Shown: piece after piece, positions 10,160-20,900 of the stretch
Layout of the letters: each line of letters begins with the position of its first letter
Position numbering within the stretch: the stretch's first letter is position 1
Position numbers and translations under genes: made by a program
Notes under the pieces: generated by a model
The model's database searches: none
Seen by the model: only the letters and a program-made list of their open reading frames with translations
What the model was told of the DNA's origin: nothing
Assembly (NCBI GenBank): GCA_008690995.1
Contig: VRMN01000002.1
Coordinates: forward strand, 1,488,001 to 1,552,000
Direction of reading: 5' to 3'
Origin: Porphyridium purpureum
Taxonomy: Eukaryota
DNA length: 64,000 nt

Positions 10160-11452
10160 ATGCGCTCTGGGCTGCTGCGGGCTTCGGCCCGAGGCGCGAA
10201 GATGCTGCTGGCCGGGTCTCGCGCCGGGGCGACAGGCTGCGCCGGCATTCGGTCGGGATTGGTCGCGTCGTCGTCGTCGTCTCCGTTCGGGGCGGGCTCC
10301 CAGCGCTTGATGCGATGGGCGGTGGCAGTGAACCCGATGGAGCCCAACTGCGCTCGCGCGTTCGGGTCATCCGTTCCGGAAACCGCGCCGCCGAGCGACG
10401 GCGTGATCAGCACAAACAAGGCTGAGCTGCGCTCGACGGTTCGCACAGTTTTGGAGGCAATGAGCGAGGAGACTGGCACGGATGATGATGACTGGCACAT
10501 AGACTACTCCCCGCCGTTCGCCATTCTGGAGCAACCTGCGCCAGACTTTGAAGCGCAGGTCGCCACGCCGGACATGGAGATTGAGAACTTTGCGCTCAGT
10601 TCGTTGCGGGGTAAGTGGGTGGTGTTCTTCTTCTACCCGAAAGACTTTACCTTTGTCTGTCCCTCCGAGATCATTGCATTCTCGGACGCCGCGGAAAAGT
10701 TCCGCGCGATAAATACTGAGATTGTGGCATGTTCCACGGACACGGCTGAAGTGCATCTGGCATGGATGCGCACGCCGCGTGCTCACGGTGGCTTGGGCAA
10801 AATGGACATCAAAATCGTCGCAGATCAGACAAAGTCGATCTCGGCCAAGTATGGCGTGCTCAAAGAGGACGCCGGTGTTGCTTTCCGAGGTCTCTTCATT
10901 ATTGCGCCCGACGGAGTGCTCAAGCAGATCACGCTGAACAATCTGGACATCGGCCGCAGCGTGGATGAGACGCTGCGCTTGGTTCAGGCGCTTCAGTTTG
11001 TCGCTGAAAACGGAGTGGTCTGTCCTGCGGGATGGAAGCCCGGCGACAAAGTGATGAAGGGCTCGTATGAGGGTTCGCGCGAGTACTTTGCAGAAATGTA
11101 TGGCGGGGAGGGCTCCGGCGATATGGTGGAAATGGCGCCGTCGCTCAAGAAACTCACCACGCCAGAAGATATCAAGAAGGCATTGGCAAGCGACCAGAAG
11201 GTCGTGCTCGACTACTACGCTGATTTTTGCGGCAAGTGCAAGCAGCTTGCTCCCACGCTTGAAAAGCTCGCAAAGCAGCACACCGGAATCAAGGTCTATA
11301 AGGTGGACACGGAGGCGCCAGCGCTGAAAGAGAAGCTTGCAGATGATGTCACTGCCCTTCCCACCTTGCGCTTCTATAAGGGTGGTTCCCAGGTGAACGA
11401 GCTGGTTGGCTACAAGCCCAACAAGGTGACCAGCGCGTTCGAAGAGTTGTGA
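10160..11452 (+). CDS. Typical 2-Cys peroxiredoxin (Prx1/AhpC) fused to a C-terminal thioredoxin domain, with mitochondrial-type presequence
   Basis: FFYPKDFTFVCPSE (peroxidatic Cys), GGLG, VCPAGWKPG (resolving Cys), EYF; then DYYADFCGKCKQLAP...VTALPTLRFYKGG (Trx fold, CxxC). Confidence 0.92.
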   Translation: MRSGLLRASARGAKMLLAGSRAGATGCAGIRSGLVASSSSSPFGAGSQRLMRWAVAVNPMEPNCARAFGSSVPETAPPSDGVISTNKAELRSTVRTVLEAMSEETGTDDDDWHIDYSPPFAILEQPAPDFEAQVATPDMEIENFALSSLRGKWVVFFFYPKDFTFVCPSEIIAFSDAAEKFRAINTEIVACSTDTAEVHLAWMRTPRAHGGLGKMDIKIVADQTKSISAKYGVLKEDAGVAFRGLFIIAPDGVLKQITLNNLDIGRSVDETLRLVQALQFVAENGVVCPAGWKPGDKVMKGSYEGSREYFAEMYGGEGSGDMVEMAPSLKKLTTPEDIKKALASDQKVVLDYYADFCGKCKQLAPTLEKLAKQHTGIKVYKVDTEAPALKEKLADDVTALPTLRFYKGGSQVNELVGYKPNKVTSAFEEL

Positions 11453-11746
11453 GAAGAGCCGTCAGCGCCCCAATCTGACGGCGCCCGTTCGTTTTCGAGC
11501 GAGCTTGTCCGACCGCAGGGACTCTGTGCGACGTTTATGTACAATTCTTTGCTTTAATGACGCATTTTGTTCTGGTCATCCTTTTTTTCCGGTCTGAGTT
11601 GGTTTCTGGGTTGCTCTGACCACAGAACACGCCATCTGCCTCTCGCTTGCGCGTGGGCAAACACTTATCAGGTTAAGAAGTCATTCAAATTCAAAACGTT
11701 TGCACCAACAAAAAGTTCAGGGGAAGCAAATAAAACACGGAATACG

Positions 11747-13060
11747 TCAATATTCACCAGCTTCCTCCTCATCAGAACCCGAGTCGGCACCATTTCGATC
11801 CTCGTACACGTTGCTGTCTTCCGCCGAGCTGGAGGATAGCTCACTAAAACCGGTACCTGACTCATCATTTTCACACTTACGCACGAACGCCTGCACATCG
11901 CGCAAAGTCTCCATGCTCAGCGAATCTATGTCAAGCTCAATTTCATGTTGCGTGTTCACGGGCGCTGGGCCTTCACGAAGCGAAATCAAACGGATCAGCT
12001 TGCGCAACTTTGCCTCACTCAGGCGGCAAATGCTTTCTCCGAGCCGCTTCTTCTGTTCGTACGACAGAATGTCCACGGCGTCACCGCCCGAAGGACCGCT
12101 CAGACGCGAGCCACGCTCTTCAATCCAAGACGAGCAACTCGAGCTTTCGGCTCCTCCTCCAACACTCGTCGAACGCGGCTTACCTCCGCAGCGTTGTTCC
12201 AAATCAGGTCCACATTTATCTTTCTGCGCGTCCTGCTCAACGACATCACAGCCATCATCATCGCCATCATACAATGAAACTCTGGACCTCTTCCCATCGC
12301 GGTGGATGCGCTCGTCTTCGGTATGATCAGTGCTATCATTCTCATCCTCTTCGTCATCGGCTTCAAGGTCGTTGCCCTCTACCATTGAGATCAGGTACGG
12401 AACTGCTTCGTCAAACTTCTGCAAAGTCACACGCGCAAGCTGATAGTATACATTGTATTCTTCGTTGTATAGCATCGCATTCTCAAAAACAAGACGCACG
12501 TCCTCTGAAAAGGCCTGAACATCGGTTCTCTCGTCAGACGTGTAGGCCCCTCGCAATAGATTTCGCTTGACTGTGTCCAGGTCCATGGGATGCTCAATCG
12601 CTTCCAAATACCCCGGAATCGATTCTGGAAGCCACAGCTCTGTGACGGGCTTCCCAAAAACTGACGCAACTTCAGGGTCCGCGAGCAGGTTGTGAAGCAA
12701 ATCCAAGCACAAGTTGAACCCAATATCGCTCTGCCCAATTCCCGACGCGCTGGCCTCGGAAGACGACCGCTTCCGCTTACCAGCGGACAGCAGCAAGTGG
12801 GGCTTGGCGACCTTGAATTGCTTTTTCGTCAAGACTTCGATGCGAGCCGTCTCCGGGTCAATCGAGTTCAGACGCTCAATGAGCTTCCTTCGACTTTCTA
12901 GCTCCGACGGGTCCGCGTCGCACACGCGAGAGTTCATGTCGCTCACGTCCACAAAATGCCGGAACGAACTGGAGCGCTGCGCGCTTTTCCCCACGAGCAT
13001 GACGCGAGACACTCTTCCTTCACGAGCACGCAGCTCGCCGCCTTGGCCTCCTCTTCCCAT
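11747..13060 (-). CDS. Bromodomain plus extra-terminal (ET) domain protein (GTE/BET-like)
   Basis: VFGKPV...IPGYLEAIEHPMDLDTVK...DVRLVFENAMLYN (bromodomain); LSYEQKKRLGESICRL...EIELDIDSLSMETL (ET). Confidence 0.9.
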   Translation of the reverse strand: MGRGGQGGELRAREGRVSRVMLVGKSAQRSSSFRHFVDVSDMNSRVCDADPSELESRRKLIERLNSIDPETARIEVLTKKQFKVAKPHLLLSAGKRKRSSSEASASGIGQSDIGFNLCLDLLHNLLADPEVASVFGKPVTELWLPESIPGYLEAIEHPMDLDTVKRNLLRGAYTSDERTDVQAFSEDVRLVFENAMLYNEEYNVYYQLARVTLQKFDEAVPYLISMVEGNDLEADDEEDENDSTDHTEDERIHRDGKRSRVSLYDGDDDGCDVVEQDAQKDKCGPDLEQRCGGKPRSTSVGGGAESSSCSSWIEERGSRLSGPSGGDAVDILSYEQKKRLGESICRLSEAKLRKLIRLISLREGPAPVNTQHEIELDIDSLSMETLRDVQAFVRKCENDESGTGFSELSSSSAEDSNVYEDRNGADSGSDEEEAGEY

Positions 13061-13886
13061 TGCTACTCGTTTGCGCGTTTACGCTCCCAACTTGTTCTAC
13101 CGAGTTGCCGAGCACAACCACCACACCCCGGGAACGCGGCGCGCGCACTCGTTACTCCAACATGCGCGCCGCCACCCCACCACCCACGCCCGCACCCACA
13201 CGACCTACGCGCGCATGCACCACACATGCACTCGCACACGGTCTTACGCAAAGCCCATACGACCACCCCCTCCTTCTTCTCCCCCCACGCAACCCCCCCA
13301 AACCTACACCTTACCCTCTTCTCTCCTCCTCACTCCTTCTGTCTCCCCCTATTCCCGTCCTTCCCTCTCCTCTTCCCCCTTGCCTCAACACCAAAACGCG
13401 CTCACTCTGCGTGAACCACTCCACCAAAACACACGCACGCACACACAAACGACGCCACCAACCCAACAAAACCACGCCAATCTGCCTAGAACCAACGCAA
13501 CACACAAACCGCGGCACGCCGCTGTCCTCGATCCGATCGGTTCGTCCTGTTTTCCTTGCTTCTTTTTTCTTAATGGACGGGGGCAGACTCTATGGTCTAG
13601 TAAAACACACGCATTCTACTATGGTGCACGACGTGTGTGGTGTGGCGTGTGACGACACCCAAACACAACCCAACCATCCAACCATCCAACCAAAGGCGTC
13701 GAAAAATAAAAATAGACCGATTCGGATTGGCGCGTTTCATATGAAAAAAACATGTATTTCGCAATCTCTTTGTTGCTTCCTTCTTACAAAATGCGACGTG
13801 ACTTTTGATTTGGGCTGTACATATGAGTACAGTGGCATGGATGTAAGCTAGGGTTTCTCGTGGCCTCATCGGGCGCAGCCGCCACT

Positions 13887-14699
13887 TTATTTTATTGGCA
13901 GCCGCCGTTTTTTAACGTTCTGCAGCGTCAGATCGTGCTGCGCGCGTGCGGCCTGCTCGCGTCGTTTCTGCTTCTTGCGGATGCCCACGAGCATCCGGAG
14001 CGGCATGTTCGGGTTCTTGGGCGCGGCACACCCGAGCCGTTTCAGTTCCGCCAGCTCCGCTTCTTTCCGCTTCCGCTCAGACACGCCTTGGATGCCAAGA
14101 CTGTACACCTGCTTCTTGTACTGTTGGAAAAAGACGCTCATGTCTTCCTCGTCCTCCTCCGACTTCGCGCCCGCACGTGCGGTTGTGTCGGCCACCGCCG
14201 CTTTGGGCAAGGAGGACGTGCGTCGCATGTATGGATCGGGCCCAATCCGAATCACAGCAGGCTGTGCGCGCGAGGATGCAGCGCTCGCAGGCACTGCACC
14301 TTGCTCACGCTTGCTTTCGCGTGTCCTCTCTGCCCGATGACGACTTGCGTCGCCGTCTGTACCTGACTTGACATGTTTCAACAGGGCCCGCGACGGTTTC
14401 GGTCCGTGCAATTCTGTGGCTCGCCGAGCTCCTGGTTTCGCCTTCACGCTTTTTGTTGCGGCATGATGCCTTTCCGCTCCCGCTCTTTTCTCTCGCTCAT
14501 TGGCGACTTTGTCCGCGCTCAGTTCACTCGTGCTGTTCGGCGTACGGCCAGCCGCGCCCTGCCCATGCGTTTGAGGCTTCAGCTGGGCCTGCTTCGCTTG
14601 GCGCGCCAACTTCCACGAACCGTCGGAAATCGAGCGCGCGAGCCGCTGCTCTATCGCGGCCTCCACGAGCTTCTCCTCTTCGTCCGAAGACGACATCAT
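13887..14699 (-). CDS. DUF4602 / C1orf131 (Faf1-like) small-subunit processome factor
   Basis: Basic low-complexity protein with C-terminal KKQVYSLGIQGV...ELKRLGCAAPKNPNMPLRMLVGIRKKQKRRE; start at MMSSSDEEE. Confidence 0.65.
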   Translation of the reverse strand: MMSSSDEEEKLVEAAIEQRLARSISDGSWKLARQAKQAQLKPQTHGQGAAGRTPNSTSELSADKVANEREKRAGAERHHAATKSVKAKPGARRATELHGPKPSRALLKHVKSGTDGDASRHRAERTRESKREQGAVPASAASSRAQPAVIRIGPDPYMRRTSSLPKAAVADTTARAGAKSEEDEEDMSVFFQQYKKQVYSLGIQGVSERKRKEAELAELKRLGCAAPKNPNMPLRMLVGIRKKQKRREQAARAQHDLTLQNVKKRRLPIK

Positions 14700-14933
14700 G
14701 CATCCACACTCCCAGTTGATTGCCGCCGACGTCCCGCCACCACAAAGAATCCTTATCGGTTCAACGCAGATTCGCCGAACGAGCGTCGATTCGGTTCCCG
14801 GTTCATCCGAAAACAAAACCAAAACCAAAAACGGCGTGCCCGCCGGCGACGGGCGGAAAAGTTCTTGGACGTCGGGGGTCTGGACGTGCTTGCAGGCGTG
14901 TTGGACGCCATCGAACAGGGGAGAAAAGGTCTC

Positions 14934-17900
14934 ATGGATACAGCAGGGATGTTCCCACGAGGGCCGCGGTCGCCGGCACCGGTGGCCGCGAGACTGTACA
15001 CGCCACGCGGCGAGAAGCGCAAGGGCGATTCGGCGCTGCCTGCGAGCACGCCGAAGAAGAGCAAGGGCCAGGGCTTGTCAGACACCAGGACACCGAAAAA
15101 TCTGTTCGGAAGTGCGCCTGGTACCGCCGCGAGAAAGGCGGCGGCCGCAGCTTCTTCTGCACCGCCAGGCCAAAGAAAGAAAATGAAGCATGTAGCGATG
15201 GACAAGGCAGATGAGGCCAGAAGTGGTGACGACGATCACAACAAGCTCGACGAAGATGCGCCCGAGGGCGCCAGGCGTGAGAGGATACCAGGCATGGCTG
15301 ACACACCGCGTGCAGACAATGAAATGGGCATTGCTGCGCGAGTGCCTGGTTTGCAGCTTAGCACAGTTAGTGAAGGGGTCGTTTGCTTGGCTGTGGTCCA
15401 ACATATCGTCGGAACCACGCTGAAAGTCATGTTACCTGGAAATATCATGGCCGAAGCAGCAGGAGGTGAGCCTCTGCTTCGCTTGGATGAAGGAAAACCC
15501 GCACGCAGTCCTCATGGAGGCGTAGCCAAAGACGACGATTCAGACGCGTCGTCGTCATCTGGATCATCTGATAGCGAAGCGGATGCCCAAGGCACGGCAA
15601 ATGGTCACAGATTACGAGAACGGGCAAAGAGTAGACACAAACTTCATTGCCCTTACGAAGTGCTCTCGCCGGGTGATCTCATTCTTGCTAGTGTCATTTC
15701 AGTCGTGGAGGATCCTGCGAAAGCTGGCCGCAAAATCGTGCACGTCTCTCTGCATCCAAACCATGTGAACCGGCGTAGCCGTGGCTCCTTTGTTTTGGAG
15801 TGTGTCGAAAAGGGCTCGCTTTTGTATGGGGTGATCAGTAGCATGGAAGATCGGGGATGCGTGATCTCGTTCGGAGATAATCTGACATACCCTGCGAACG
15901 CGTCTGATTTGGCCTTTAACGGCTTTTACGAGTTCGATGATACGGCGGACGAGCCTCACCGGCACCCTCGTAAAATGGCAGTCGGTACGCCTCTCCTGGT
16001 CGTAGTCACGGATGAAAAGATGGCCAAGAAGAAGCGTCAAGCGGCTCGCACAACCGCAAGCAGTGGTCGACCTGTCGTCATTCAGGTTTCTGCAGATCTG
16101 AATCTGGTGAGGAAGAAATCGGCGTCGGAATATCCCGGGATGGCCATCGAGAATCTGCTACCTGGCCTTCTGGTCCGTGCAATAGTCCAGAACACGTCAA
16201 GAAGCGGTGATGTGTGGGTGCAACTGCTCACATTTTTCCGGGGTATGATTCCTTGGCTGCAGCGGCCTGTTACGGATGAGGATCTCGACCTACCGAATGT
16301 CACTGATAGTGATACGGATGACGAGCGACACAGCAAAGGCGGTATCAAGTCTGCACCGCGGACTGGGGCGGACCTGGCACCTGGTACGCAGGTACTTGCA
16401 CGCATTCTTTTTGTTGATATTAGTCTCAAGGTGATTGGTTTAACGCTCTTACCGAGCGTTGTGCAAGATTTCACCATCCCCGCATCAGGTGAGCGGCAGT
16501 ACCCCGTAGGTTCTATCGTAGACGCAAAGGTGGATCGGATTGATACACGTCTCGGTCTGGGATTGATTGCTCACGTGGATGGTGCCGGAAAGCTGCGTTG
16601 CTTTGCTCCCAACGCGAACCTGACAGACGGCCCTGGTGACGCGAAGGCCGCTTCAGGCTTTAAAAGAGGTCAGAGCGTACAAGCACGCGTTCTGGCGCAC
16701 TCAAAGTTTGATGGAGCGGTCATTGTTTCGTTGAAACCTTCGGTGCTATCATTGCGCGTGCTCTCCGCGGGCGAAGTTCAAGCTGGAGAGGTCTACTCCG
16801 CGACGGTCGTGGGGCCTTCCACGTCAGGTGCTCGAGGCAATGCCTCTCCTGAACAAGGATTCATTGTCAAAATTGAGAATCGGGTGAACGCGTTTGTTTC
16901 CGTCGATCATGCCTCGGACACGTCCAAGTCTCGAAAGCTGAAGGAGAGATTTGCCCCAGGCAGCGAGGTAACCGTCCGTGTCCTCTGGGTGGACTCGAAA
17001 CGCCGGCGTATATTTGCCACTGCAAAGAAATCGCTCGTGAAGCATCTCACCAAGGCGCAAGTGTTGCTTAGCCTCGAGCAAGCCGCTTCGAGCGTCGGAG
17101 AACAGTTTGCAGGCGTTGTGATGGGCATTACCAAGACAAAGGCCGTTCGAGTGTCGTTCTTTAACCGTTTGGTGGGTATTTTGCCGTTCGGTGAGCTAGG
17201 GCTGGATGCAGCGGCCAGCACTGAGAAACAGGTCGAGGCCCTCTTTCCAGCGGGAAGAACGCTTCCATGTCGTATTGCATCAGTAGACGCGCGTGCGAAG
17301 CGAGTGCTGCTTTCTTTGAAAGGCGCTGATGAAATCCGGCAACTGTTCCGTAGCCGGAATACGGCGTCTAGTCAGGCACTTGGCGTAGGCTCTCTCGTCT
17401 CTGGACGCGTCGTGAAAATCTTAACGACGAGCTTCATGGTTTCTGTCCAGCCTGCGGCGACCACTCATCTTGACCACAGTGTCGATGAAGCTGAGCATGT
17501 CACCGGTTCTGTGGACGCCGAGCTTCCGTTTCAGCACTTGTCCGACATTCCGGAGCTTGTGCCGATATGGAAGGCGGTTCTCCGCGAAGCGATGAAAGCT
17601 GGCGAAGGGGCGCCTTTGATTCTAGATCGCTTGTTGGTCATTCGGACGGCGTCCACACGCGGACAAGGATGCAGCGGCCATGTGGTGTCGTTAAAGCCGT
17701 CTTTGATCAGGTCTGTCCTAGATAGCAAGTTTGTTGGTGCTTTGGAGGAGTTGGAAACAGGCACAATTCTAAGCGGATACGTCCAGCACGTGAACGGACA
17801 TGGCGCTGTGATTTCGCTCACTGGTGGACCTGTTACAGGCTTTGTGCGCAAGTCCCGGGTGGCGGACGCTTTCGTGTCCGACCCGCAAGACCGCATGGTT

Positions 17901-20900
17901 GTGGGTCAGTCAGTCGCTGCGCTGGTCGAGTCGATCGACAGAGAGACAAAACGCGTCATGCTGTCACTGCGTTCGTCTGACATCATTACGGCGCGGACCG
18001 CGATGATGTCTGAAGCGAACGCGAACACACCTTCGCAGACGAGGGGTAAGCCTCCACTGGGCGCCTTTGCCGCTGATTTCCCAGCCATGCGATACGATGA
18101 ATTGGCCTCTCTTTCGGTACTCTTTCTACAACACGCAAAGCCACCTCGAGATCCTGTTCCGGACGATTTGGGGGGCGCCGCACCGATCCTTGCGAATCTT
18201 CAAGTGCTCAAGCCGGGCAGTGTCATTCCTGTTCGGGCAACTGCGCTGGACAAGAGTGGGGCTATTTTCCAGTGTTTGCTTGGTACATCGACAAGCAAGT
18301 CATTGCGCGCGGTGTCCGTGTTTGGACAGGGCAGTGTAGTCCAGCCCAAGATCGGCGCTCTATATGGTGCGCAAGTGTTGGATGTGAACATTGGGTCTGG
18401 GCTCGTTGACGTTGTCGTTGAAAAGGAGCTGGACGGCGGCGAAGACTCGGACTCTGTATTGGCAGCCCGATCGGTTGTCGCACCGCCTTTGTTGAAGCGA
18501 CTGGTGCCAACGCACAAAGTGAAGTGCACGGTCCAGCTCGTCAAGGATGCGGAAGTGTACTTGAGCGTATCGAAAAAGAGCGGCGGCAGTGCGGTTGTGG
18601 TTGCGTCGTTACTCGAAGTGAATTCGAACTGGGGTTTTAATGCGAGGCAAGCGTCGGCAGGCACGAAGACCTCTGTTGTGGATTCAACGTTGAGGTCAAT
18701 GTTTACGGTCGGTACGACAGTGACGGGAGTCGTTCATGCTGTGCAGTCGTCGGACTCTCTGGTGAACACTATTGAAGTTTCGGAATGGATCCACGAGCAA
18801 GTTGCGCGGAAAAAGCCAAGAGCCAGCGGGGCAGGTGGAGGATCCGGGGCCTTGTCGACAGAGAACGCCGAGGGTGGGAATGAAGAGCAGTTACAGAAGG
18901 AGCCGATTGCTGAGGTAGGATCACGCTGCGCTGGCATGGTTACGAGTAAGCGCGCGCTACAGGTTTTCCTTTCAGTGGATAGATCTACGTTTGCCAGGCT
19001 GCACGTCACAGATATGCAGGTCACGTATGGTGATGAAGTCGTGCGCAAGTATCTTCTCGAACCGCATATATTGAAGTCGTCACGCATTGCGTCGTTATCC
19101 ATGGGCGCGAGCGTGGACGTGCGAGTTTATGCCATTCAGGATAACAACAGGGCGGTTCAGACCGACGGCGGTCACGCTGAGGGGACGCGGAAGCGACTAG
19201 CGAGTGTAACCACGCTGCTTGATGCAAAGCAAAGCGGTTGTATCAATGAAATCGATGAGCGCACATTGTGGAGCGACACCCTTGCAGAGGGAAGGGTGGT
19301 TTTGGGTTTTGTTTGCTCTGTGGCGGCCAATGAACGAGAGGCGTTTGTGGCATTGACGAGTTCCATAAGTGGTCGCGTGGTTGAAATTGAGGCGACAGAC
19401 GATTTGGACTTGCTGAGCGACGAGAAAAAGAAGGTTTTCGACTCGTGGGATGTTGGCGACGGGGTGTTGGTGCGCGTGCTGGCGCAGAATGTGGCGGAGC
19501 GCCGTGTTGCTCTGACATCTGTTATTCGTTCTGCCCCATGTGCCGAGCAAAGCGTCGTGGTGGCGCGCATCGTGCAGATTAGCCCTAACTTTGGAGTACG
19601 CGTGGTGCTCCCGCAGTACACCGGGCTGAAGGCAAAGTATGGCAGAATTCATCTCGCCGAATTGGCCGATAATTTTGACGCTGTGGAAGCGTTGCTGGCC
19701 GGGTACATCCCTGGGCAATACGTGCAGGCCGTTGTGGTAAGCGTGAGAGACGGCGAAGGTTCGGAAAATCAGCACAATCGTCGGATCGACCTGAGCTTGC
19801 GCGAGTCGCGGCTGCAAAAGAGTTTGGGTAGTGTTGAGATTGCGTCAGGGTCTGAAGGCGAGCCGGGAGTTCCGTTGAAAACGAGGAAGCGTCGCATGAA
19901 CCATGAACATGTCTCGGTCCGGGATGCGGTGGTCGTTGCTGCGGACGACCTGAAGCTGGGGCAGAAAGTCCGAGGTTTTGTCACGGAATCCCATGCGAAG
20001 AAGGGAGTATTTGTTGAGCTTGGATCTTGCGTGCATGCGCACGTGAACCTCAACCAGTTGTCAGACGGCTTTGTGGAAGATGTCGTTGCTGGATTTCCGA
20101 AAGGGAAGCTGGTCTCTGGTACTATCATTGGGATAGATACCACGAGCAGCAGCGTCGAAATGAGCTTTAAAAGTGCACCCAGGGTGGACCGGAGCAGCGC
20201 GGTGTGGCAGCTCATTTCGCCGGGAGATCTTCTCCGAGGAACCGTATCCAAACTCACGAAGTACGGTGTACTCATTAGCCTCGCACCCGGCGGTGTATAT
20301 GGGCTTTGCCACAGGTCGCAGTTGAAGGACGACGTGTCTGTGGATGATCCAAGTACAAATACTATGCTCGGGCTCAACGTCGGCGATTCGGTGGTAGCCA
20401 AGGTTCTGAAAGTCGACCACGCAAAGCGCAGGGTGGACCTCGGGCTTAAGGAAAGTCTTCTTGCCGACCAAGATCCGGCAAGTATCAAATCGCTGCTGGG
20501 CCTTTCTTTCAGTGAGGTCGACGCGGGCACGAAAGACATAGACATGGAGCCTGCGATTGAGAACAATGCAGACGGCAGTAGCGATGAGCAAGCGTCGAGC
20601 GGAGCGGACGAGACAGATGATGACGAAGACGAAAGTGGGTCTTCGAGCTCGGGCGACAATGGCAGTGAGAGTGATGGTCAAGATGATGACAAAGAGTCGT
20701 CATCTTCTGACGGCGAAGGAAACTCAGCCAATATTGAAAACGGCGATCAACCCGACCAAATCGGGAAGGGGAATGGACGCCGCAGCGATGGTCATGGCTT
20801 TGCCTTTTTCGAGAGTGACGACGAGTTCGAAGGGGCAGCAGAAGGTGAAAGGGATGAAAGTACGGGGGAGGCGAAGGCTAAGCGAGGCTCGAATGGTGAT

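Noticed and set aside
10367..11281. 304-aa antisense ORF over the peroxiredoxin
   Set aside because: Shadow ORF expected from GC-rich codon usage
12714..13851. Long plus-strand ORFs (312 and 263 aa) rich in Pro/Thr/His
   Set aside because: They arise from C/A-rich low-complexity sequence upstream of the bromodomain gene
14373..14933. N-terminal extension of RRP5 in the ORF track
   Set aside because: It overlaps the divergent DUF4602-like gene antisense and has no RRP5 features
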